A stretch of 64,000 nucleotides of DNA from an uncultured Gammaproteobacteria bacterium (GTDB taxonomy: Bacteria; Patescibacteriota; Patescibacteriia; UBA1558; GWA2-36-10), in the NCBI GenBank assembly GCA_964515785.1, contig CAZEWH010000004.1, positions 3,105 through 67,104 on the forward strand, in the 5' to 3' direction. How positions within the stretch are numbered: the stretch's first letter is position 1; every line of letters begins with the position of its first letter. This document shows positions 56,674-64,000 of the stretch, piece by piece. The translations under genes and the position numbers were made by a program. Under the pieces are notes generated by a model that was given only the letters and a program-made list of their open reading frames with translations, was not told the origin of the DNA and did no database searches.

Positions 56674-57216
56674 ATGCCCCAGAGTCTCCCAGATGGCTGT
56701 ACTGTGCTTTTTCAGGAAGATCAGATTAAAGACAAGGTTGAGTTAATTGCTCAACAGCTGACCGAAAAATTTGATGGCCAGCGTCCAATTGTTTTGATTA
56801 CGCTCAAGGGTGGTTTTGTTTTTGCTGCTCATCTCATCCAAAACATGAACATCAATTTGGATGTAGCTTTCGTTGAACCATCTAGCTACAAAGATGGAGA
56901 CAAGTCTAGTGGTCAAGTTGATATCCTTATGGATATCCATGATGATTTAGCTAATCGTCATGTCATTATTGTCGAAGATGTCATCGACAGTGGACTGACT
57001 ACTACCAAACTACTCAAATTAGTTAGGGACAAGGACCCTGCCTCTGTCACTATGGTGACTATGATCGATAAACCACACACTCATCCACCTATAAAAATCG
57101 ATTATTGTTGCCTAATCTATAAAGGCAATGACTTCCTGATAGGCTGGGGCCTGGATTTTGGTCAAGATTATCGTAACCTACGTAACATCTTGTCTATGCC
57201 AAGACCAACAAGCTAA
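56674..57216 (+). CDS. hpt: Hypoxanthine(-guanine) phosphoribosyltransferase
   Basis: PRPP-binding motif VIIVEDVIDSGLT; start set at ATG 56674 after SD CAAGGAGGA. Confidence 0.85.
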   Translation: MPQSLPDGCTVLFQEDQIKDKVELIAQQLTEKFDGQRPIVLITLKGGFVFAAHLIQNMNINLDVAFVEPSSYKDGDKSSGQVDILMDIHDDLANRHVIIVEDVIDSGLTTTKLLKLVRDKDPASVTMVTMIDKPHTHPPIKIDYCCLIYKGNDFLIGWGLDFGQDYRNLRNILSMPRPTS

Positions 57217-57220
57217 AACA

Positions 57221-57252
57221 AAAACCCCTTCTCTCAAAAGAGAAGGGGTTTT
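57221..57252. terminator. Bidirectional terminator AAAACCCCTTCTCtcaaaaGAGAAGGGGTTTT
   Basis: Seen in sequence. Confidence 0.85.
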
Positions 57253-57273
57253 AAAATAGAATCAAATTCTTGA

Positions 57274-57978
57274 TTAATTATTCATCTGGAAAAAAATATC
57301 TATAGATACATCATGAGAAGCTATGATCTCTTCTCTGTCTGTAATAATAGACCCATCTACAAAAGAATTAATATTATCTATAGCTAAAACAAAATCATAA
57401 TTAAAATTGTTTTTTTCAAAAGCATTGGTATCAATAAATTTTCTTTTATCACCATTATCAATATAGTAATAAAAATTATCATGACTAACCAAAGTGCCAG
57501 TTGGTAAAGTATCACTCAAATCTTGTCCTTTTATATAGGTAGAAGAAAAATACCCGGGAATAATATCTTGAACTATAGTATACCAAGATTCACCGTATAA
57601 ATTTATGGCTACTTCTTCTGAAGGAACCCAACGTAGTATCCCACCAGGTTCGACAGCATAAATTTTGTTGGTATAACTATGAGTAACTAGCATAGTACCA
57701 GCTCGATATGGCATAGCTCCACCATCAGGATAAAGATCCAACTCAGCAATATCTACTTTATTGACATTAGAAAAATCTTTGTACCAAGTAAAATATGTTT
57801 TGTCATCTGGAAAAACATATTTTTTGCCATCATTGGCTATATAATAAACTGCTGATCCTTCTACTCCTTCCAAAGCTAATAAATCACCAGTTGTAAAACT
57901 AGCTTCTTGAGCTTTGGAATTTGTCGGTAAAATAGGTAGACAAAAAATAATTAGAAATAATAAACAAAATTTTTTCAT
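57274..57978 (-). CDS. Hypothetical secreted protein (234 aa)
   Basis: Signal peptide; no recognised domain. Confidence 0.6.
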   Translation of the reverse strand: MKKFCLLFLIIFCLPILPTNSKAQEASFTTGDLLALEGVEGSAVYYIANDGKKYVFPDDKTYFTWYKDFSNVNKVDIAELDLYPDGGAMPYRAGTMLVTHSYTNKIYAVEPGGILRWVPSEEVAINLYGESWYTIVQDIIPGYFSSTYIKGQDLSDTLPTGTLVSHDNFYYYIDNGDKRKFIDTNAFEKNNFNYDFVLAIDNINSFVDGSIITDREEIIASHDVSIDIFFQMNN

Positions 57979-58027
57979 ATAATTATTCTAAATAATATAC
58001 TATATATTATAACATTAATATTTAATT

Positions 58028-58384
58028 TTAAACAATAAAGACAACAAAAATTACTAAAATGATAATCAATAACAACCAAAGAAAAGTATAACCCAAAATA
58101 CGCAAAGCTTGTTTGATTTTTTTATTGATAATCAAATAAATTGGTAAACCAAACAATAATACGCCAACCAAAGCAACTGAAAAAACCAACAAAGACAACA
58201 TCATAACTGCTATCAAAAAATCACTTTGTTCAAAGCTGGCTTGACTCATATAATTCATAAATGACGAGATGAGCGTCACATAAAGAGTCACTGCCAAAGC
58301 TTGAATCAAGCCGACATAGCTTGATGATAATTTTTTTAGCTTAAATTTCATATTTTTATATTTAAAAAAATAATTAATGTCCAT
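58028..58384 (-). CDS. Hypothetical small membrane protein
   Basis: 3 TM ORF overlapping the ZIP gene start by 11 nt. Confidence 0.5.
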   Translation of the reverse strand: MDINYFFKYKNMKFKLKKLSSSYVGLIQALAVTLYVTLISSFMNYMSQASFEQSDFLIAVMMLSLLVFSVALVGVLLFGLPIYLIINKKIKQALRILGYTFLWLLLIIILVIFVVFIV

Positions 58385-59138
58385 GAGGTAATACTTGTCC
58401 AGCTAGATAGATCAATAAAACTCCAATCAACAACCAAATGGTATGATAAAAAATCTTACGAGGCTTTTCTTCGTGATGTAGTTCTGGAATCAAATCAGCT
58501 GTAGATAAATAAATAAAATTACCCGCTGCAAAAGCAATAATCAATGGCAGAGCAGCTTCAAACTTACTACCATAATAATAAAATACAAGTGCTCCAAATA
58601 CAGCAATCAAAGAAATCAATAAATTATACATAATAGCTTTGGTTTTACTCAAACCAGCATATAGTAACACTCCAAAATCTGAAATCTCTTGAGGAATTTC
58701 ATGTAATATCACAGCTAGAGTGACTAAAATACCAGCATTAAAATCAAGTAAAAAAGCAGAAGCAATCAAAGCGCCGTCTATAAAATTGTGAATAGCATCA
58801 CCAGCCAGATTAACAGCAATCAAAGATTTTTTATTATTAGCACAAGGTTTACCATGATCTTCACAACGACAATGATGCCAATGAAAAACTCTTTCTAGTA
58901 AAAAGAAAATAATAATACTAATCAATACTGTAGCAGTAATAGTGTGTGGGTCATAAATATCAGCATGAATTGCCTCTGGTAGTAGATCCAAAAAGGCTAC
59001 CCCCAATAAAGCACCAGCTGCTAGACTTATAATAGCCTTGAGAAAACTTTGTTTGTTTTCTTTTTTGAAGATAACTAAAATACCGATCAAAGAAATCAAA
59101 CTAACAATAATTGTGGCTAAAATAATGTTTAATAACAT
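58374..59138 (-). CDS. ZIP family metal (Zn2+/Fe2+) transporter
   Basis: HNFIDGALIA...ILHEIPQEISDFG signature. Confidence 0.85.
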   Translation of the reverse strand: MLLNIILATIIVSLISLIGILVIFKKENKQSFLKAIISLAAGALLGVAFLDLLPEAIHADIYDPHTITATVLISIIIFFLLERVFHWHHCRCEDHGKPCANNKKSLIAVNLAGDAIHNFIDGALIASAFLLDFNAGILVTLAVILHEIPQEISDFGVLLYAGLSKTKAIMYNLLISLIAVFGALVFYYYGSKFEAALPLIIAFAAGNFIYLSTADLIPELHHEEKPRKIFYHTIWLLIGVLLIYLAGQVLPHGH

Positions 59139-59158
59139 AATATTAAAAATAAATTAAT

Positions 59159-59908
59159 TTACTTTATCATAGTGCCCTCTAATATATGGGCTGCTGGAGC
59201 TGGATCACCATCATCTGGCTCAATTGTTAAGACATAAAAATCATGATCAGTCAGATCTTGGTTTGAGATAAAAGTATTTTGGTAAGTACTTTCTAATTTT
59301 CTTGATTTTGCGGATCCAGTACTAATGACACTAAGTGGTTGTTTGCGTACTACCCAACCTTCATAAAAATATCCTGATTCAGGGTCTGGTAAATTATTAA
59401 AGTCAGCTACTAAAATATATTCTTGACCATTAAAATAAGCTCTGGCTGTACCGCTGGCTTCACCACCTGAGACATCAACCAAATCACCAAAATAGTCATA
59501 ACTAACATCCTTGACTACCCCATTAGTAACACTAAGTTCAAATTGTCTACCTTTAGCATCAGACAAATCAACATGCCAACAACCAGGACATCTGGCCGGT
59601 ATTACTTCTACAACCATTAAACCATAAATATCCTCATCAGCTGTCAGATATTCTACAGCTAACTTAGCTACTTGTTTTTTTTCTTTATTTAATCCAGGCT
59701 TAATACAAGCTTTGACCAGCTCATCATAGCTGTAGCCAAGCTCTGATAAACAACCAAAGTTGTTTTGTTCTCCGTCAATGGACTCTTCTATTGCATCCTC
59801 TGGCTGAGCTTGATTATTTGTATTTGATGGCAATTGTTCTTGCTTGACTATGTTGCAGCCAGCTCCCATAAGTAATGGGATAACTAAAATTAAAAATATT
59901 TTTTTCAT
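59159..59908 (-). CDS. Lipoprotein, unknown function
   Basis: Lipobox LLMGAGC; N-terminus near-identical to next gene. Confidence 0.65.
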   Translation of the reverse strand: MKKIFLILVIPLLMGAGCNIVKQEQLPSNTNNQAQPEDAIEESIDGEQNNFGCLSELGYSYDELVKACIKPGLNKEKKQVAKLAVEYLTADEDIYGLMVVEVIPARCPGCWHVDLSDAKGRQFELSVTNGVVKDVSYDYFGDLVDVSGGEASGTARAYFNGQEYILVADFNNLPDPESGYFYEGWVVRKQPLSVISTGSAKSRKLESTYQNTFISNQDLTDHDFYVLTIEPDDGDPAPAAHILEGTMIK

Positions 59909-59917
59909 ATAATTTTG

Positions 59918-60403
59918 TTATTTGATTATGTTGACACTAGCCGGAAGATTTTCTTTTATCATATCAAGATCAAATTGTGAAATCTGATTACCAGCTAAAT
60001 TAAAAATTTTTAGATTTTGTAAATTACCCAATTCATGAGGTAAGCCTGTTAATTGATTATTTGATAAATCAAGCATTTCCAACTTATTTAATTGACCTAC
60101 TTCAGCTGGTACACCAGTCATTTGATTATCAGAAGCATCAAGAGAACGTAAATTTTGTAGATGTCGAATCTCGGCTGGCAAGGCACCTGTCAATTTATTA
60201 CCCGAAAGATCAAGTTCTTGTAAATTGGTTTGTGAAAAAACACTTTGTGAAACTTTTGTTAAGCCCTGATTACTCAAATCGAGCTTATTATTTGATTCTA
60301 TATTTGAAGAATCATTAATCCCATTATCATCAACTATTTTTATTTGGGTACAACTAGCCCCCATTAATAGAGGTAGTAGTAAAATCATAAATATTTTTTT
60401 CAT
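59918..60403 (-). CDS. Leucine-rich-repeat lipoprotein
   Basis: Lipobox LLMGASC; 6 LRRs (LxxLxLSxNxLTGxLP). Confidence 0.75.
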   Translation of the reverse strand: MKKIFMILLLPLLMGASCTQIKIVDDNGINDSSNIESNNKLDLSNQGLTKVSQSVFSQTNLQELDLSGNKLTGALPAEIRHLQNLRSLDASDNQMTGVPAEVGQLNKLEMLDLSNNQLTGLPHELGNLQNLKIFNLAGNQISQFDLDMIKENLPASVNIIK

Positions 60404-60454
60404 AAATTTTGTACATAATTATATTAATATCAATAGCTTTATTATAACACAAAA

Positions 60455-60487
60455 ATCCCTCTCTGAAGAGAAAGGGATTTTTGTCCT
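60455..60487. terminator. Terminator-like hairpin AATCCCTCTCtgaaGAGAAAGGGATT with flanking A/T runs
   Basis: Seen in sequence. Confidence 0.55.
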
Positions 60488-60497
60488 GTCAGGGTCT

Positions 60498-61859
60498 TTA
60501 CTCAAAACTTCTAGGATCAAAAGCTTGTTCTTCATCATCAGTATTGTTTGAATCAGTAAAACTGTCGACTGCATCATTTGGATTAGTACTATCCGAAGCA
60601 TTAATAAATTTTATGCTAGCAATAATTTTTTCAAAATCTTTGACTAAATCTTTATTACCTGAATCATAATAGAAAATATGCATGTATTGATGATCATTCA
60701 AAACAATAGTATAAGCTGTATAAGGATAATCGCTCACATATTGACCAATAGGATTAGCTGTATAATATTTAGTGGCTACCTTATCGCCAATCAAAACTTT
60801 ATTTACAATCTCTGCACCGTTTGGTCTAAAAAGATCTGACAGAAAATTATTAACAACTGCAATTTGAATATATCCTTTTTCACCTGATACAGGCATCAAT
60901 ACTTGAGTGTCTGAATAAGGCAGAGCTGTATGGCTTTCAAAGACAAAATCATTTGGATAGCTAAAAGAATAATGAAACTTAGTATTGGTATAAGTCTTCC
61001 AATCATCATAAGCCTGGACTGGATTTTTGACTTCAACACTAGTTGTCTGATCAGCTGATTCTTTGATATCTACTTCTAGTTTGATATCTTGTGGCATATT
61101 TTCAAGTTCTTGTTTGACATCTTTGATCAAACCATCAAGTTGACTAACAGCTTCAATCTTACTAGTAGCTTTTAGTTCATTACGAACTTTGATAATATAA
61201 TCTAAAGCTTGAGAAGTAGATTCTTTAAGATCACCACTAGCTGTCAAAGTAGGACGAGGGCTAGTTGGATAGTTATCATAATCTTGATCTGGAGATAAAA
61301 ACTTAAAATCAATTATTCTTTTCACTGATTCAACTGAGACATGAAAACGATCAGCAATCATTTTGACAATTTCAGTTTCATTGGTTGATTGTAAAATGAA
61401 AACAAAATGTTGACCATTGGCTACAGTGATATCAACCCAAGTATTGGTCTGACGAACAACTGCTTTAATGTCTTTAAACTTAGAAGCAGCTACTACATCT
61501 TGAGCAACCAAAGATCTAATTTCTGAAACTCTTTCTTCAGCAAATTTGATTTTGAGATCATCTTTTTTTACATCACTAGCCAAAGCTAATCTGATATTTT
61601 CAACTGCTCTATCTACTGGATAAAGTGTATCACCAGGACGAGCCTGATCTGAAGCTTGAACAGTCCAAATACCACCGCCAAAGACTACACCTAGAGTTAC
61701 TAAGACACTTAAAATAGGTTTTAACATAGGTTTGTTGATTAATAACGAGTTAAATGGACTCGTATCTTGGTCTGGCAGGTTCAAGCTAATCTTTTGCCAA
61801 GCTTCAGACTTTTCCGAAGATGACAAATTCTTGGTTTTAATATTATTAAATTTATTCAT
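60498..61859 (-). CDS. Putative anti-sigma factor-like membrane protein with large extracytoplasmic domain
   Basis: Overlaps the upstream ECF sigma gene by 8 nt; N-terminal cytoplasmic region, one TM. Confidence 0.55.
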   Translation of the reverse strand: MNKFNNIKTKNLSSSEKSEAWQKISLNLPDQDTSPFNSLLINKPMLKPILSVLVTLGVVFGGGIWTVQASDQARPGDTLYPVDRAVENIRLALASDVKKDDLKIKFAEERVSEIRSLVAQDVVAASKFKDIKAVVRQTNTWVDITVANGQHFVFILQSTNETEIVKMIADRFHVSVESVKRIIDFKFLSPDQDYDNYPTSPRPTLTASGDLKESTSQALDYIIKVRNELKATSKIEAVSQLDGLIKDVKQELENMPQDIKLEVDIKESADQTTSVEVKNPVQAYDDWKTYTNTKFHYSFSYPNDFVFESHTALPYSDTQVLMPVSGEKGYIQIAVVNNFLSDLFRPNGAEIVNKVLIGDKVATKYYTANPIGQYVSDYPYTAYTIVLNDHQYMHIFYYDSGNKDLVKDFEKIIASIKFINASDSTNPNDAVDSFTDSNNTDDEEQAFDPRSFE

Positions 61860-62385
61860 AATCTTTCATTATATTATTTAATTGCTTGAGTGCACGATGG
61901 TGCTGGACTTTGACTGTAGATTCTTTGAGATCTAAAGCTTTGGCAATTTGTCCAAAACTAAAGTCTGACCAATATCGCAGTTCTAAGACTTGGCGATATT
62001 TTTTCTTGATCCGTGGTAGGACTTTTGTGATAATCCAATCATCTTGGATATCAAGCTCAAAATTTTCTTTGATGTATTTTTCATCAAATTCTATGATCTT
62101 AGGATTGGATTTGTAATACTTGGCCAACTTGCGTCTAGCAATCCTATAAACAAATCCATAAAATTCTTGATCAGAGGAATACTTAAATTTAGTAATGGCT
62201 TTCCACAAATCAATAAAGATATCTTGTAGTAAATCCAGAGCATCATGCCTGCTTTGACAACGAGCCAAAATAAAGCGAAACAATTGATCTGACAAATGCT
62301 CATATAAGTGGTGAAAAGCGCTATTATCACCCTTGGCACTAGACAAAATTAGGCCTTTTAGATTGTCTATTTTGTGTGAATTCAC
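61852..62385 (-). CDS. ECF-type RNA polymerase sigma-70 factor
   Basis: Region 2 (…FYGFVYRIARRKL) and region 4 (LELRYWSDFSFGQIAKALDLKESTVKVQHHRALKQL). Confidence 0.85.
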   Translation of the reverse strand: MNSHKIDNLKGLILSSAKGDNSAFHHLYEHLSDQLFRFILARCQSRHDALDLLQDIFIDLWKAITKFKYSSDQEFYGFVYRIARRKLAKYYKSNPKIIEFDEKYIKENFELDIQDDWIITKVLPRIKKKYRQVLELRYWSDFSFGQIAKALDLKESTVKVQHHRALKQLNNIMKDYE

Positions 62386-62443
62386 TTGTGTCGTTTTACG
62401 TATATAATATGGCAGACTATCACAAAAAGGTTACAAAAACAAA

Positions 62444-63463
62444 TTATTCAAAAAGATACAAATATTCTTCGTAGCCTTTTTGAACCATTTCTTCTTTGGG
62501 AATAAATTTGAGCGAAGCTGAGTTGATACAGTATCTATCACCCTCCGGTCCTGGACCGTCGGGAAATACATGCCCCAGGTGAGAGCCGGCCTGACTACTC
62601 TTGATTTCAGTCCTAGCTAGTGGTCCATCTTCTTTTTTTTCTACGACATTCTGCATATCAATTGGTTTGGTAAAACTTGGCCAGCCAGTCCCTGAATCAT
62701 ATTTGTCCAAAGAACTAAACAAAGCTTGACCAGATACAATATCTACATAAATACCAGCTGCCTTATTGTCCCAATACTCATTATCAAAAGGAGCTTCAGT
62801 ACCACATTGCTGAGTAACTTCATATTGCAGTGGTGTCAATTTTTCCTTAAGACCTTCATAGTCTCCCCACAATTCTTCCAATCTATCTTTTCTGCCTGAA
62901 TTTTTTTCATAAAGATTATATTGCAAACGACTATTTTTGGAATAGTCTTGATGATAATCTTCAGCTATATAAAATTCTTGAACCGGTAAAATCTCTGTCA
63001 CAATTGCATCAAAATTACCAGAGCTTTCTAAAATAACTTTTGATTGCATGGCTATTTCTTTTTGCTCATCATTTTTATAAAAAATAGCTGTGCGATATTG
63101 AGAACCCTTATCTATAAATTGACCAGTATCATCAGTCGGGTCAATGTTTGACCAAAAATGTTCTACCAATTCTGCATAAGAAACTTTGTCAATATTATAA
63201 GTCACTTCTACAGCTTCATAGTGTCCAGTTGTACCAGATGAAACTTGCTCATAAGTGGGATTAACAACTTGCCCACCAGTATATCCAGAAATTACTTTGA
63301 CCACACCACCTAGACTTTCAAAGGCTGTTTCTATACACCAAAAACATCCTCCTGCAAATATGGCAGTGTCTGTATTTATATTTTTATTTTTATTCATATT
63401 ATTTATATTCAAAGATAAAAAAACTATAGCCGCAGCTATTATTAATATTATTATATATTTCAT
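62444..63463 (-). CDS. msrAB: Bifunctional peptide methionine sulfoxide reductase MsrA-MsrB (membrane anchored / secreted)
   Basis: MsrA GCFWC and Msr[11 protein letters not shown]...RYCINS. Confidence 0.9.
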   Translation of the reverse strand: MKYIIILIIAAAIVFLSLNINNMNKNKNINTDTAIFAGGCFWCIETAFESLGGVVKVISGYTGGQVVNPTYEQVSSGTTGHYEAVEVTYNIDKVSYAELVEHFWSNIDPTDDTGQFIDKGSQYRTAIFYKNDEQKEIAMQSKVILESSGNFDAIVTEILPVQEFYIAEDYHQDYSKNSRLQYNLYEKNSGRKDRLEELWGDYEGLKEKLTPLQYEVTQQCGTEAPFDNEYWDNKAAGIYVDIVSGQALFSSLDKYDSGTGWPSFTKPIDMQNVVEKKEDGPLARTEIKSSQAGSHLGHVFPDGPGPEGDRYCINSASLKFIPKEEMVQKGYEEYLYLFE

Positions 63464-63676
63464 AATATGTTTTGATTAATGATTATATAGAGAGTATAGC
63501 AAAAAACACCTATAAAAACGAATGTTATAGTATCCCCCCCCTTGACAAAATATATACATTATGCTAAAAGACTATGTCATCCTCTACAAAGGCAAACTAC
63601 CGAATAGAAGATGACATCGTGTTTTTTCAGGTCTTTAACTGTCTTTTTAACTGTTCTTCTACGAAACGGAGAAATC

Positions 63677-64000
63677 ATGAGTTTCAAACAGGTCGACCGC
63701 AAAGCCGATAATATCCTCGCTGCACTCGCGTCCGCCCCGGTTTTCAAAAAGCAGGGACAGGTCAAGGCCCGCCCCGGTGTGCCCGGTGAGCAGGTCGTGA
63801 CCAAGTTGGCCGACGGTTCCGAGGAAACGACCAATACGGTCAACGAAGGCGACCAGGTCGTGACCAACCCCTCCGGTGAGGAGTACATCATCGACGGGAA
63901 GAAGTTCGCCGACAGGTATGAGGCTTCTGGCGAGGAAGGCGTCTTCAACGCCAAGGGCTGCTGTCGTGCGGTCACGAACCCCTTCGGAGAGCCCGTCGAG
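63677..64000 (+). CDS. Partial ORF (runs off window) in an about 60% G+C segment; possibly PGDYG-domain-like
   Basis: ATG after SD ACGGAG; MSFKQVDRKADNILAALASAPVFKKQGQVKARPGVPGEQVVTKLADGSEETTNTVNEGDQVVTNPSGEEYIIDGKKFADRYEA...; family guess from memory. Confidence 0.45.
   Translation, partial: MSFKQVDRKADNILAALASAPVFKKQGQVKARPGVPGEQVVTKLADGSEETTNTVNEGDQVVTNPSGEEYIIDGKKFADRYEASGEEGVFNAKGCCRAVTNPFGEPVE

Noticed and set aside
63577-63975. Minus-strand 132-aa track ORF in the GC-rich end segment
   Set aside because: It is antisense to a plus-strand ORF that has an SD and ATG at 63677. High-GC DNA produces long spurious antisense ORFs. The protein is low-complexity and Pro/Ser/Thr-rich.
1-64000. 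Alternative genetic code (UGA recoded as Trp or Gly) as the explanation for the in-frame TGA at 6450
   Set aside because: TGA clearly terminates ymdB (ATGA overlap with hup) and the pilB N-terminal ORF, and all other conserved genes are intact under the standard code. This is a single-site event, not genome-wide recoding.
1-64000. CRISPR arrays, diversity-generating retroelement (RT + TR/VR), toxin-antitoxin pairs
   Set aside because: There are no regularly spaced direct repeats and no reverse-transcriptase ORF (no YxDD-containing protein). The internal repeats found are protein-domain duplications (Cys-rich repeats, Ig/FN3-like pair), not TR/VR pairs.

Overview
This window is AT-rich bacterial chromosome (roughly one-third G+C by eye; not computed) read in the standard code: TGA terminates ymdB through an ATGA overlap with hup. 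Gene content and style (many small genes, type IV pilus-like cluster, giant membrane-anchored surface proteins, rny-ymdB-hup, rpsO-pnp, infB-rbfA, dNK, ferritin) fit a reduced-genome lineage such as Patescibacteria/CPR or another low-GC relative; this is an inference. The conserved core genes are leuS (partial), infB, rbfA, maf, nrnA-like DHH, clpP, rny, ymdB, hup, comM/yifB, lspA, a dksA/traR-family gene, pnp, rpsO, pgsA, pgpA, hpt, msrAB and copA, together with a pilB/pilC/pseudopilin cluster, two ECF sigma / anti-sigma pairs, and a copper/thiol-redox locus. Between these core genes sit many short, visibly G+C-richer genes, each with its own near-consensus TTGACA-N17-TAnnnT promoter, strong Shine-Dalgarno and G/C-stem intrinsic terminator (HNH endonuclease, DUF2891-like, DUF1003, RidA, DUF559 vsr-like endonuclease, several 58-131 aa proteins). 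The most notable observations are: a giant surface-protein gene interrupted by one in-frame TGA at a conserved Trp position; a pilB split into two ATGA-coupled ORFs; a tRNA whose anticodon reads UAU; a DHH paralog with every catalytic motif lost; an anti-SD/SD hairpin occluding one RBS; a recurring G/C hairpin family (TCCCCCTTGNCAAGGGGGA) and REP-like dispersed motifs; candidate structured RNAs (a comM 5' leader, and a terminated RNA at 31.15-31.41 kb); and an abrupt jump to about 60% G+C at the extreme 3' end. All coordinates of hand-called features are plus or minus a few nucleotides.
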